DNA from: an uncultured bacterium
GTDB lineage: Bacteria > Armatimonadota > UBA5829
DNA: 64,000 nucleotides
Assembly (NCBI GenBank): GCA_964611645.1
Contig: CAZTAO010000012.1
Span: 44,688-108,687 of the forward strand
Direction of reading: 5' to 3'
Shown here: piece by piece, positions 25,825 through 35,745 of the stretch
How positions within the stretch are numbered: the first letter of the stretch is position 1
Layout: each line of letters starts with the position of its first letter
Made by a program: the position numbers and the translations under genes
The notes under the pieces: generated by a model
Database searches by the model: none
The model's input: only the letters and a program-made list of their open reading frames with translations
Told to the model about the DNA's origin: nothing

Positions 25825-27111
25825 TCATTTATCCCTATGCCTCAGCAACTGGTCGAGGATCGGTTTCAGATTCAGGCAGGCTTCCTTGGCGGACTTCTTT
25901 CCCAGCATTACCAGGTCTAGTTCGTTGCCGATTATCTGGTTCATTTCGGCGTAGCAGGAGACGTGCGGGGTGGCGCGGCCGTATTTGATCATGTCCAGGT
26001 AGACTTTGCGGTTCCTGGGCGGCTCGTTGCGGTCCAGGAAGACCTCCGACTCAGCCAGCGACTTCCTCGTGGGCACCTGGGCGTTTAGGATGGCCTGGTC
26101 GGTCTGGTAGCCTTTTCCGGTCAGCCACTTCAGCACCTCCCACGCCTCGTCCTTGTGCTTGGAGCGGGATATCATAGACCACGCCGCACCGCCGATGAAG
26201 GTGCATCTGGTCTTTGGGCCTTTGGGGATCGGCCCGGCGTCATACTCAAAATCCTTTACTTCTTTCTCAAAGACCAGTTGCGCCGCATACGGGCCGCCGA
26301 TCATCATCCCTATCTTGCCGGAGGTGAACATCTTCCAGTTGCCCTGGCCTGTGGACTCCTCGCGAGTGGGCGCGACGTGATGCTTGTTCACCAAATCCGC
26401 CATCCGCTGGATGCCCTCATAAGCGGCGGGCTGGTCGAGGGTGCAGGTGTTCATGTCCGGGCTGACTATGCTCCCGCCATTTTCATATACGAACAGTTGC
26501 CAGAATGCGATAGACGCCCCCCACTGGTCGGTCTTGCCGTCTCCATCGAGGTCTTTGGTCAGCTTCTTGGCAGCTTCGAGGTAGGTATCGTAGTCCCAGG
26601 ACCAGTCGGGGTAAGGCACTCCGGCTTTGTCGAACATGGTCTTGTTGAAGTAGAGCGCCTCCACATCGACATCGCCGGGGATGGTGTATATCTTGTCGTT
26701 ATACTTCCCCCACCCCTCGATGGCCTCGGGGTAGAAGTCCCAGATATCCCAGTTGTCGCGCTTGATGAATGGGTCAAGTGGCTCCAACAGGCCCTTCGCG
26801 GCCAGCGGAACATACCATTCCGAACTCACGCGGCTGATGTCCGGAGGACGCCCACCCGCCGTGGAAACCATCACCTTCCAACTCAGCCGGTCCCACGTGG
26901 CGATCTCAAGCTCGACCTTGATATTGGGATGAAGTTTCTCGAACTCGGCCAGCGACGCCCGCATGGCCTTCTCTTCTTTGTCATTGGACCAAACAGCCAC
27001 CCGGACCACCGTCTTGCCGGTCTCTTTCTTCCCACAGCCGGGAAGAAGACACACAACCAGGACAGCAGCCAGCAGAAGCCACATCCGAATATGACTGGCG
27101 AGTGTATACAT
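25825..27111 (-). CDS. ABC transporter extracellular solute-binding protein (CUT1 sugar-binding lipoprotein)
   Basis: The sequence has a lipobox (MWLLLAAVLVVCLLPGCGKK) followed by VRVAVWSNDKEE...FEKLHPNIKVELE...GGRPPDI, which is typical of family 1 SBPs. The start is ATG 27111 or 27084. Confidence 0.85.
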   Translation of the reverse strand: MYTLASHIRMWLLLAAVLVVCLLPGCGKKETGKTVVRVAVWSNDKEEKAMRASLAEFEKLHPNIKVELEIATWDRLSWKVMVSTAGGRPPDISRVSSEWYVPLAAKGLLEPLDPFIKRDNWDIWDFYPEAIEGWGKYNDKIYTIPGDVDVEALYFNKTMFDKAGVPYPDWSWDYDTYLEAAKKLTKDLDGDGKTDQWGASIAFWQLFVYENGGSIVSPDMNTCTLDQPAAYEGIQRMADLVNKHHVAPTREESTGQGNWKMFTSGKIGMMIGGPYAAQLVFEKEVKDFEYDAGPIPKGPKTRCTFIGGAAWSMISRSKHKDEAWEVLKWLTGKGYQTDQAILNAQVPTRKSLAESEVFLDRNEPPRNRKVYLDMIKYGRATPHVSCYAEMNQIIGNELDLVMLGKKSAKEACLNLKPILDQLLRHRDK

Positions 27112-27257
27112 ATCACTGGAATTGTAGGGTAGATGGGTATGGGAGGTCAAGTTGGGGGCCAGGCCAACCCCGCCAGTCCTGAGTAGACGCGAGGCGCTGC
27201 CCTGAGCGCAGCGAAGGGAACGAGCGGCGTATCGAAGGACGGAACTGACCAACAGCC

Positions 27258-28016
27258 CTACTCTGCCAATACAGCCCCAGCCTGCTTGGGATTCAGCCAC
27301 TCAGGCCATTTTGTGCCTTTGCTATAGAGCGCTCCATTGAGCTTGATGAACTTCATAGGGTCCAAACGACCAACGCCATCACCAAAAACCTTCAGACCGG
27401 ACAGATCGGCGTCCTGCAGGTTAGCCCGGGACAGATCTACGTTGGTCGCCAGACAATCGAAGCTCGCACCACGCAGGTTGGCGCCATCCCAGATAGTATT
27501 GCTGATAGCCACCTTCTTGATGATCACGCCTGCAAGGTTCGCCCCTCGGAAGGTGGAGTTCGTAAAATCGGTGCCAAGTATCACCACGCCGTGAATCTTC
27601 CCGGTCTGGAACTGTGCGCCGCGAAAGTCGGCTTTGTCAAAGATGCAGTTGCGCAATACAGTACCGACGAACAGCGCCTCCCTCAAATCGGCACCCGTAA
27701 AATCAGCCTCGCTAGCAACCGTATGGTTCGACCTCTCATTGAGTACCACAACACCAAACTGGGCACCACGCAACACCGCCCCCGAGAGGTCAGCTTTCTT
27801 CAAGTCAGCGGCGCTTAGATTGGCCTTTGTGAGATCAGCCCCTTTGAGGTCACGATTGCCGAACTTGGCGAAGCGGAGGTCCTGCCCGGCGAAACTTTCC
27901 CCACCGTTCTGAAGTCTCTTCGAACCGCCCTGCGCTGACTCACCAGTGCGAGTGGAGCATCCCGCACAAATAAGAAGACTCCCAAGAAACAAGCAAAGCA
28001 TTGCTCTTGTGTTCAT
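27258..28016 (-). CDS. Pentapeptide-repeat lipoprotein
   Basis: ATG 28016 (MNTRAMLCLFLGSLLICAGC, lipobox) is followed by runs of A(D/N)L.G repeats (ADLKKADLSGAVLRGAQF..., ANLRGASF..., ANLQDADLSG). Confidence 0.8.
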   Translation of the reverse strand: MNTRAMLCLFLGSLLICAGCSTRTGESAQGGSKRLQNGGESFAGQDLRFAKFGNRDLKGADLTKANLSAADLKKADLSGAVLRGAQFGVVVLNERSNHTVASEADFTGADLREALFVGTVLRNCIFDKADFRGAQFQTGKIHGVVILGTDFTNSTFRGANLAGVIIKKVAISNTIWDGANLRGASFDCLATNVDLSRANLQDADLSGLKVFGDGVGRLDPMKFIKLNGALYSKGTKWPEWLNPKQAGAVLAE

Positions 28017-28137
28017 ATCGATACCCCGCATTCCTCGTTCGATCCGAAACCCGTCGCAGTGGAATTGTAGGCTAATCGCCTTACGGACGTCAAATGTGCC
28101 CACGGGAGGATACCGACCCTCCCACGTGGAACTCTCT

Positions 28138-29322
28138 ATGGATATGCAAAGACTAGACTCGCTCCGCACCAAACTATACAGTTTCGCCATCGCAGCCTCC
28201 ATGGACGGAATGCTGGGGTTTGTGATCCTCGCCACACCGCTGTTCGCCATCAAGCTGGGAGCCACCGCATGGCAACTCGGGATGCTTGGGTGGGTCTCCC
28301 AGATGATACGTGTGCCGTTCACGCTGTTCGCCGGCAGGGTGTCCGACAGAGTCGGGCGCAACACTGTGATCTATCCCTCGGCAGCCTTGGGGGTGATAGG
28401 CTGCGTGGGGCTTGTCTACTCGCACACATTCACGCACGTGCTGATCTCCTATACACTAGTGATGATTGCGATGGGTGGGTTCTACCCCGGGCTGATGGCT
28501 TTCATCGGCGACCGCAGCCCTCAGGGGCAACTGCGAAAGAACCTCTCATTCTTCAATGCCGGTTGGGCCTCGAGCAGCTCTGTGTGCGGGTTGGCGGTTG
28601 GGGCCATGCTTGCGCTCGGGATGTGGACACCGTTCGCGGCAGGAGCTGTCCTGGTGAGTCTGTCCATAGTCCTGGTCTATAGCTGGTCCAAACAGCCATA
28701 TCAGGCGGTCCCCGACGCTCCTGTCGAGGCGGATTCCCTCGCAGCCCCGGCTTCACCCGGCCACATGCTCCTCATCGCTCGGATCAGCCTCTTCCTCACG
28801 GTTTTCGGCTTCTCAATCGTGGCCGGCCTCTTCCCCAAGCTCGGCAAGGATCTCGATATGTCTGACTCCAAGATAAGTATCATAGTCGGGATGCTGCTGG
28901 TCGGGCAGGCCACGGGAATACTGATAGCCGGTGTAAGTCCGTGGTGGCGAGGCAAGCTCTGGCCGCACCTGCTGGCGCACGTCGCAACCCTCTTTGCAGC
29001 GCTGAGCATCCTATTCACGCACTCGGCAGTGGTCTTCGGAGCAGCGATCCTCGTTATCGGCACCGGCGTAGGCGTCACCTACTCCGCCGCGCTCTACTAC
29101 AGCCTCCAGTCGCGCTCCGAGATGGGCAAGAACACAGGAATCCACGAATCGATGATAGCGGTCGCGAGCATAGCCGGGAACCTCGCCGGAGGAGCCACCG
29201 CCCAGATGTTCACCCTGCGCACACCGTACACAGTAACCGCAGTGTTGTCCGGCGTAGCGCTGGTGGTCACTGTCCTGTATTGGATAGCAAAGAGGGATTC
29301 GCTCAGCAAGCCTGCCGAATGA
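28138..29322 (+). CDS. MFS transporter
   Basis: ATG 28138. About 12 hydrophobic helices and an MFS-type loop GRVSDRVGRN. Confidence 0.8.
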   Translation: MDMQRLDSLRTKLYSFAIAASMDGMLGFVILATPLFAIKLGATAWQLGMLGWVSQMIRVPFTLFAGRVSDRVGRNTVIYPSAALGVIGCVGLVYSHTFTHVLISYTLVMIAMGGFYPGLMAFIGDRSPQGQLRKNLSFFNAGWASSSSVCGLAVGAMLALGMWTPFAAGAVLVSLSIVLVYSWSKQPYQAVPDAPVEADSLAAPASPGHMLLIARISLFLTVFGFSIVAGLFPKLGKDLDMSDSKISIIVGMLLVGQATGILIAGVSPWWRGKLWPHLLAHVATLFAALSILFTHSAVVFGAAILVIGTGVGVTYSAALYYSLQSRSEMGKNTGIHESMIAVASIAGNLAGGATAQMFTLRTPYTVTAVLSGVALVVTVLYWIAKRDSLSKPAE

Positions 29323-29349
29323 CATATACCCCCGGATGCCGGCCGGAAC

Positions 29350-30867
29350 CTACAGCATCGGCGGGGCCTCTATGCCCAGTTCGCTTGCTGCTTCCTTTAC
29401 CAGCTCGTACATCTCGTTTCCGAGTTCGTTGTCCGGCTCTACTTCTCGGCCTTTGGCTTTCTGCGCCTCGACCGACGCCGCTACCCTGTCCAGTATCTCG
29501 GCGGTCTGGGTGTGGTTCTTGTCGTGCTGCGCGCCCGCGGAGAGGCCCCTGTAGAAGAAGGAACTGAACGGAATGCCGTCCTGCATATACTCGATGGTAT
29601 GCTCGGTGGACATGTGCACGCCCTGCTCGAACCTGGCCGCAACGATCTCATCTACTCCCAGGGCCTCATCACTAGCCTCGAAACCGTGAGTCAGCTCCGC
29701 GAACTCCTTGATGATCTCCATATCGATCAACGCCTGCTGGGGGGAGAGCATGTTGCCGTTGCACAGCCCACCGATCTCGGCGAATGTATTGGGCCGGTGC
29801 AAGCCGGAGAAGAACAGGCCATTGAACGCAAACTCATACGCAGCCTGGAGACCAGGTTCATTTGCGTCTCTGTACCAAGTCAGCGGCCAGGCGTCCACCC
29901 CAATGCCCCGCTGCAATAGCTCGCAAAGAGCCAGGTTGCACAGGTGGGTGTGCATCCCCATATAGCTCACACGCGCGGTGCGAAGGTCAAGCGTGCCTGT
30001 GCAGACGTTTCCCATCAGGCCGTAGCCCGGCCTGAGGATTCTAAAGAACGTGAGGGCCGCAAGCACCTCAGCCAGGGCCGTCACCGCGAGGCCCGCGGCA
30101 GTCACTGGCGCGCTCATCCCGCTCACAGACATCGGCCCGATACCCATGGAGTTGCAGATACCAGTATCCACCCTGGCCAGCATCGTCTTGATCCCGCGCA
30201 GCCCCATCCGGAACGGCGGGTTCACATACTCCCACTGGGCCATCGGCTGCTTGGTCCCGCGGTGCTTCTCGTAGACCGACGACATCTTGTCCAGGTAGAC
30301 CACGTGAATCGGCTCGGTCGGCTGCTCGTGGAGGACATTCTTCCGGCAGTGCTTGGCCATCAGCGCGTAGTTGTAGATGGGGGTAAGCCTCTGGTCCACA
30401 TCCTTGAGCATCATCGGGAAGAGATCGCCGATCTGGTCGCAGCCCTGTGCCCAATTGCACAGTTCCACCATATCCTGCCGTGTTGGCCCCTTGGCGGTCC
30501 AGTTGTCCCAGTCGAAGATCAGGTTGCCGCCATTACCCACCCAGAATGCCTTCGGGCAGCCTTCGTCGTTTCTGGCTAACTCTCGGAACGGCTTGGGTAC
30601 GGGAACGGTCTTCACCATCACAGCCATTGTCTCCTCGATCTGCTGTCGGGTGAACATCGCTGCCTTGGCAGGCCAATCGATGCGCGCGCCCTTGCTTTCA
30701 GCTTCCTCCAGGTAGACCTTGCCGCCGTCCTCATCGACCCTCAGGCCGACATTCACCGCCACATCAACGGCTTTCTGCACCATCTCATCAATGGTCCCCT
30801 GGTCCCACGACAGCATACTCGCGTGGTGGGCAACCGGGATGTTCAGATACACTCTCTGCTTTTCCAC
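29350..30867 (-). CDS. MttB (trimethylamine methyltransferase) superfamily protein, non-pyrrolysine type
   Basis: Uninterrupted 505-aa ORF. GMSAPVTAAGLAVTALAEVLAALTFFRILRPGYGLM resembles the MttB-family GG.SPVT.AG...Q..AE.LAG segment. There is no in-frame TAG. Confidence 0.65.
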   Translation of the reverse strand: MEKQRVYLNIPVAHHASMLSWDQGTIDEMVQKAVDVAVNVGLRVDEDGGKVYLEEAESKGARIDWPAKAAMFTRQQIEETMAVMVKTVPVPKPFRELARNDEGCPKAFWVGNGGNLIFDWDNWTAKGPTRQDMVELCNWAQGCDQIGDLFPMMLKDVDQRLTPIYNYALMAKHCRKNVLHEQPTEPIHVVYLDKMSSVYEKHRGTKQPMAQWEYVNPPFRMGLRGIKTMLARVDTGICNSMGIGPMSVSGMSAPVTAAGLAVTALAEVLAALTFFRILRPGYGLMGNVCTGTLDLRTARVSYMGMHTHLCNLALCELLQRGIGVDAWPLTWYRDANEPGLQAAYEFAFNGLFFSGLHRPNTFAEIGGLCNGNMLSPQQALIDMEIIKEFAELTHGFEASDEALGVDEIVAARFEQGVHMSTEHTIEYMQDGIPFSSFFYRGLSAGAQHDKNHTQTAEILDRVAASVEAQKAKGREVEPDNELGNEMYELVKEAASELGIEAPPML

Positions 30868-30890
30868 AAATCTCCTCCGATATCTCTTTT

Positions 30891-31892
30891 CTACGCCGAT
30901 CCCCTCAGCAGAATGGTTGGTTCAAGGACCGCGCTCTGTATCTCGCGATCAGGCTCGGCCATACGGTTCTTCAGAAACCCCCACGCCATCTCGCACATCC
31001 TCGGCACGGGGTAACAGATGGTGCTCAGCGGTGGGTCGAGATACTCGCCGTCCGGAACGCCGTCGCAGCCGAACAGCGCCACATCCTCAGGCATCCGCAG
31101 CCCGAGGTCCTTCAGGCCCCGGTGCGCGCCGACGGCGTGGGAGTCGCTGGCCGATATTATCCCCTCCGGCGCGCCAAACTCCCCAACATATTCCACAACC
31201 GCCCGCCGGGAAGCCGCGCGGATATCCTCGCCGGGGCCCAGCCTGATCTCTATCGAGTCCAGCCCAAGTCCACTCTCTTCAAGGACCGACTTCAGGGCTG
31301 AAAGAAACTCATCGCCGGTAACATCCATTCCCGAGGTTGCGAAGCTGGCAATCCTCGTGCGCCCCTGCTGCACCAGATGCTCCACCGCCTTGCGCAATCC
31401 CTGGCTGATGTCGAAGCCAACGTGGTCCACGTGGGTCTCGTAGTAGAACCCCATGCTGACAATCGGCGGAGCGTATGACGCCCGCGCCTCAAGCCATTCC
31501 CGCAGGGCGCTTGCGCCGCTGTCCAGCGCCAACACGCCATCCACCGGCCAGCCGGCGGTCCGCTCGGCGCGAAGTCTGGTTCCATAGAAGAACCCCAGGT
31601 TACTAATGAGCATCTCCAGCTTCTCGGCTTCCAGAATCTTCTGCACGCTCTCCGCAACCAGCACTTGAAAAGCAGTCAGCCCACCGACCCAAAGCCCGAT
31701 CACCCCGGTCCGACCCGTCGCCAAAGCCCGCGCCGCCCGGTTGGGCACATACCCCATCTCCTTGGCCGCAGCAAGCACCCGGACTCGGGTAGCTTCGGAG
31801 ATGTAGTTGTTGGTCCGCCCATTGAGCACCCGCGAGACAGTCGCGTGCGTAAGCCCAACCTGCTTGGCTATGTCTACAATCGTGACTCTCAA
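30891..31892 (-). CDS. LacI family transcriptional regulator
   Basis: HTH: VTIVDIAKQVGLTHATVSRVLNG...YVPNRAARAL, followed by a periplasmic-binding-like fold. TTG 31892 lies 8 nt after GGAGG. The alternative start is GTG 31910. Confidence 0.85.
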   Translation of the reverse strand: MRVTIVDIAKQVGLTHATVSRVLNGRTNNYISEATRVRVLAAAKEMGYVPNRAARALATGRTGVIGLWVGGLTAFQVLVAESVQKILEAEKLEMLISNLGFFYGTRLRAERTAGWPVDGVLALDSGASALREWLEARASYAPPIVSMGFYYETHVDHVGFDISQGLRKAVEHLVQQGRTRIASFATSGMDVTGDEFLSALKSVLEESGLGLDSIEIRLGPGEDIRAASRRAVVEYVGEFGAPEGIISASDSHAVGAHRGLKDLGLRMPEDVALFGCDGVPDGEYLDPPLSTICYPVPRMCEMAWGFLKNRMAEPDREIQSAVLEPTILLRGSA

Positions 31893-32055
31893 GAGCAGTG
31901 CCTCCTGCACGGTACACGTGTACCGGAATAGGATAGCATTGGGGTCCGGGGTTTGTCAATGCGTCCCTTGCAGGTTCGTGTGGCTAGTGCTATTATAGGT
32001 GAGCCACATGCCGCCGTGATGGCATATTTGCTGGAGAGTGAAGGAGTTATACGCC

Positions 32056-33126
32056 GTGATTACACGCAGAGCTGGTGCGCTGACCCTTCTAGTCCTGACT
32101 GCGGGAATGTTCACTGGGTGCGGTGCCAAAGTCCTCAAGGCCGTGGGAAGTCTGCCTACCGACACGAAGGCAGCGGTCTACTCAGGTCACGGCAACGATC
32201 TCATTGTGCTGAGATCGAACCGGATCTGGCTCTTCAGCGACAGGAAGCTGACTGCAGTGGAGACCGCATCGGGATTGCCTCTCTTGATAGAGTGGAACGC
32301 GAAGATAGGTTTGGTACTCCCAGCAGACCGAAGCAAACTCCTGGTGCGCGAAGGGAAGCCTCCGACTGGCCCTGGGCTGGGGCACGAGGGGTCGGTCTAC
32401 CTGACTGGGCTTGGCGTGTACTCTGGAAAGACACAGCGGCTCTTCCAGATTGCCAATGGTACCCTGAAAGTACTGCCTAACGACGACTTGAGTCTTGTAG
32501 CCGTAACGAGGTCACTGGGTGCCTCGGGGAGTATACGGGACGGTTACCAACTTACGGTGTCCACAGTCCCTGGCGGTCTTTCGCGGACGGTCGCGATCGC
32601 GCCGAGGAGTATTCTGTTGGCGATAGCTTGGGATCATGGCCGCCTCATCTGGGCGGTCAGCGAGAGGGGAGCGTTCTCCATTCAGGAGTTCGATCCCAAG
32701 ACAGGGGTGAGCAGAGAACTGTGTAGGATTGACGATCCACTTGCTGCCTGGCGAGTCGTATACATGGGCAACAAGCAAGTGCTGTGTGGTGATAACAGTG
32801 GCGGAGTCGCGAACGTCGATCTCGAGTCCGGCATCAGTCGGCCGGTGGCCAAGCTGCGAGAGGGACTATATGCGTCACGGATCGACCTCTCTCACGACGG
32901 CAGGTTTGCCGTGCTGGACTGCCGCGATCCTAACAAGGAGTCGTATTCATCGCAGGCAATTCTGAACGTTGCGTCCGGGTGCATCACGTACCTTGGCGAG
33001 ACCTCAGACGTGCAACGTGCGGGACTCTGGTTTCAGGACTGGCATCCCAAGGAGGATCGAGCGCTATTCTCGGACAGAAGCGATACCGGCGTGACGTTGC
33101 GTGAGTGGAGGCCGCCGACCCGGTAA
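32056..33126 (+). CDS. Hypothetical lipoprotein, possibly beta-propeller-like
   Basis: GTG 32056 lies 9 nt after GGAG. The signal is VITRRAGALTLLVLTAGMFTGCG. The composition is repetitive and beta-rich. I recognise no family. Confidence 0.55.
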   Translation: MITRRAGALTLLVLTAGMFTGCGAKVLKAVGSLPTDTKAAVYSGHGNDLIVLRSNRIWLFSDRKLTAVETASGLPLLIEWNAKIGLVLPADRSKLLVREGKPPTGPGLGHEGSVYLTGLGVYSGKTQRLFQIANGTLKVLPNDDLSLVAVTRSLGASGSIRDGYQLTVSTVPGGLSRTVAIAPRSILLAIAWDHGRLIWAVSERGAFSIQEFDPKTGVSRELCRIDDPLAAWRVVYMGNKQVLCGDNSGGVANVDLESGISRPVAKLREGLYASRIDLSHDGRFAVLDCRDPNKESYSSQAILNVASGCITYLGETSDVQRAGLWFQDWHPKEDRALFSDRSDTGVTLREWRPPTR

Positions 33127-33220
33127 CTGGCGCGAGTGTGAGCCGACGCTTCCTGTAGGTCGCTCAAGCGCCCGTGCTGTACCTACGAAATCTCTGCCGG
33201 GTTTGACGCGCGATCATGCC

Positions 33221-33901
33221 TTACCCGCTCCTCCAGACCTTGAACACGTCCTGCCACCTTACGGTGTTATCGGATTCCAGCCACTGCGCCTGGTTCAGCA
33301 GGTCTTCGTGGGGATAGCAGATGTAGGCTATGCGTATGGCACGAGGGTTGGTTGAGAGGCTGGTGTGCAGGTTTTCGAGGAACCTCTGCATCGTGGACGC
33401 GCCGAAGGGGTTGAAGAGGAAGAAGACAGTGCCCTCGCCGGGGTCCCAGGTAGCGGCGTCGGCCTCTATTATTTCTATGGGCGTTTCCGTCTCGACGTGG
33501 TCTGCGTTGGTCCTGGCGGCTTCAGCCAACTCGGGGGACAGCTCAACCCCAATCGCCTTGCTGCATCCACGCTCTGCCGCGGCCAGCACAGCCCTGCCCT
33601 TGCCGCATCCCAAGTCGACGAACACGTCATCTTTGCCAAGCTTAAGATGGTCCAGGACGGGCCGAAGCAGGTAACAGTTGATGGGAGAGTACCTCACGGA
33701 GTCCTGGCCGAGGCTGTTCTCCGGGCCGGCGTCTGTGGAACCGTAGGTGTCGATGCCTGCTGCTGCCTCGCGCCGGCGCTCAAGGCGATGCTCTGCCTTC
33801 ATCAGCGCTCTCTGGAGCGGGTCCAACAGCCATCTTCCCCTGAGCTGCCGGTCGCAAAACCAGCATGCCCTTTCGCAAAGATCGGTCAGCAATGCAATCA
33901 T
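33221..33901 (-). CDS. Class I SAM-dependent methyltransferase
   Basis: Motif I VFVDLGCGKGRAVL, followed by GVELSPELA and FFLFNPFG. Confidence 0.75.
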   Translation of the reverse strand: MIALLTDLCERACWFCDRQLRGRWLLDPLQRALMKAEHRLERRREAAAGIDTYGSTDAGPENSLGQDSVRYSPINCYLLRPVLDHLKLGKDDVFVDLGCGKGRAVLAAAERGCSKAIGVELSPELAEAARTNADHVETETPIEIIEADAATWDPGEGTVFFLFNPFGASTMQRFLENLHTSLSTNPRAIRIAYICYPHEDLLNQAQWLESDNTVRWQDVFKVWRSG

Positions 33902-33977
33902 TCGCGCCTCTGTGGAAACGCCCAGGGACCTTGTCCCTGGGCGTCTATCTTCTGTAATGTCACCAACAGCCGATATG

Positions 33978-35531
33978 CTACTTCGCGAAATCGGTTGCTC
34001 TCGTCTCGCGGATCACCGTGACCTTTATCTGGCCCGGATACTCCATCTCGGCCTCGATCCGCCTTGCTGCGTCGTGCGCCAGCTTCACTGCCGCGTCGTC
34101 GCTGATGTCGTGCGGCTTCACCATCACCCGGATCTCGCGCCCAGCCTGCACGGCGTAGGTCTTCTCAACTCCGGCAAAGGAGTCCGCGATCTCTTCCAGC
34201 TTCTGGAGCCGCTTGACGTAGGTCTCCAGGGTCTCACGCCGTGCGCCCGGCCTTGCCGCGCTTATGGCGTCCGCTGCAACCACCAGCACCGCTTCCACTG
34301 AATGCGGCTCGATGTCGTGGTGATGAGCGCCTGCCGCGTGAACAACCTCAGGCGGCTCATGGTACTTCTTGAGCATGTCCATAGAGATGATCGCGTGCGG
34401 CTTCTCTATTTCAAAGTCCACTGCCTTGCCCAGGTCGTGCAGCAAAGCCGCCCGCTTGGCAAGAGGAACATTGACCTCCAACTCAGCGGCGATCACACCT
34501 GCCAGGTGCGCAACCTCTATGCTGTGCTGAAGCACGTTCTGCCCGTAACTGGTCCTGTAGCGGAGCCTGCCCAGCAGTTTCATAAGCTCGGGGTCAAGCC
34601 CGGTAACACCGGTCTCGAAGACCGCCTGCTCGGCGGCTTCCTTCATAATGACCTCGACATCCGCCTCAGCCCTTGCTATGGTCTCTTCTATTCGGCCCGG
34701 ATGGATACGGCCATCGTTGATGAGAGTGCTGAGGGCAAGTCTCGCGATCTCTCGCCGCACGGGGTCGAAACCGGAGATAACAACCGCCTCGGGGGTGTCG
34801 TCGATAATCAGGTCGCAGCCGGTAAGGGTCTCGAACGCTCTGATGTTGCGGCCCTCTCTACCAATGATGCGGCCTTTCATATCGTCGCCAGGCAGCGGAA
34901 CTACAGAAACGGTGGTCTCCATCACCTGGTCAACAGAGCATTTCTGCACTGCCATGGTGATGATATCTCTGGCGATGCGTTCGGAGTCTTCCTTGGCCTG
35001 CTCCTCGGACTGCCGGATCATCTTCGCCGATTCCCGCTCCAGCTCTCTCTCAAGCTGCTTGAGCAGGAACTCTTTGGCTTCCTCGTTGGACATTCGAGCT
35101 ACTCTTTCAAGCTCTTCCTTCTGCTGCACCACCAGCGCACTTGCTTCGTCTAGCTTTACCTGCGCCGTGCCTTCCATCTCCTCGATGGTCTTTTCTTTCC
35201 TGTCCAGGTTGTCGATTCTCCTGTCCAGGCTCTCTTCTTTCTGGGTCAGTCTTCGCTCGAGCCTCTGGATCTCTGCTTTCTTCTCTTTGTTGTCTCGTTC
35301 GATCTCCGCCCGGATCCGGAAAGCTTCTTCCTTAGCTTCAAGAAGCACTTCCTTCCTCTTGGCCTCGGTCTCCCTCTTGAGTTCGTCTTCGCGTTCCTGA
35401 ATCTCTTTCTGAGATGCCCCGATCTTCTCCAGGGCGGGCTTCACGCGGTTCTTGACCAGCGTGGATGTGACAACAAATCCCGCGACAACTGCCACAATCA
35501 CGCCGATAATAGCTGCTACGGCGTATTCCAT
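33978..35531 (-). CDS. rny: Ribonuclease Y
   Basis: An N-terminal TM helix, a Lys/Glu-rich coiled coil, a KH domain ([18 protein letters not shown]) and an HD domain (HSIEVAHL...LLHDLGK). ATG 35531 lies 9 nt after GAGG. Confidence 0.93.
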   Translation of the reverse strand: MEYAVAAIIGVIVAVVAGFVVTSTLVKNRVKPALEKIGASQKEIQEREDELKRETEAKRKEVLLEAKEEAFRIRAEIERDNKEKKAEIQRLERRLTQKEESLDRRIDNLDRKEKTIEEMEGTAQVKLDEASALVVQQKEELERVARMSNEEAKEFLLKQLERELERESAKMIRQSEEQAKEDSERIARDIITMAVQKCSVDQVMETTVSVVPLPGDDMKGRIIGREGRNIRAFETLTGCDLIIDDTPEAVVISGFDPVRREIARLALSTLINDGRIHPGRIEETIARAEADVEVIMKEAAEQAVFETGVTGLDPELMKLLGRLRYRTSYGQNVLQHSIEVAHLAGVIAAELEVNVPLAKRAALLHDLGKAVDFEIEKPHAIISMDMLKKYHEPPEVVHAAGAHHHDIEPHSVEAVLVVAADAISAARPGARRETLETYVKRLQKLEEIADSFAGVEKTYAVQAGREIRVMVKPHDISDDAAVKLAHDAARRIEAEMEYPGQIKVTVIRETRATDFAK

Positions 35532-35619
35532 ATACATAATCCTCACTTCCAGTGTTTTTTGGAGGTGAGGCAGAGCGAATAGTCCTTGTCAGGGCAGCCA
35601 TCACAAAATCGGTTTGCCC

Positions 35620-35688
35620 GTCATGCTGAACTTGGTTCAGCATCCACAGCTTCTGGACCCTGAATCAGGTTCAGGGTGACGTGGTCAC
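35620..35688. repeat. REP-like double hairpin, family B (ATGCTGAAC..GTTCAGCAT plus ACCCTGAA..TTCAGGGT)
   Basis: Hairpins at 35623-35643 and 35657-35677, in the recX-rny intergenic region. The same composite occurs in inverted orientation at 37411-37481. Confidence 0.85.
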
Positions 35689-35745
35689 CGCGTAGCAACT
35701 GCTGCCGATGTTGTTAGAACTCTCTTCTCATGCCACGCCTGCGCT

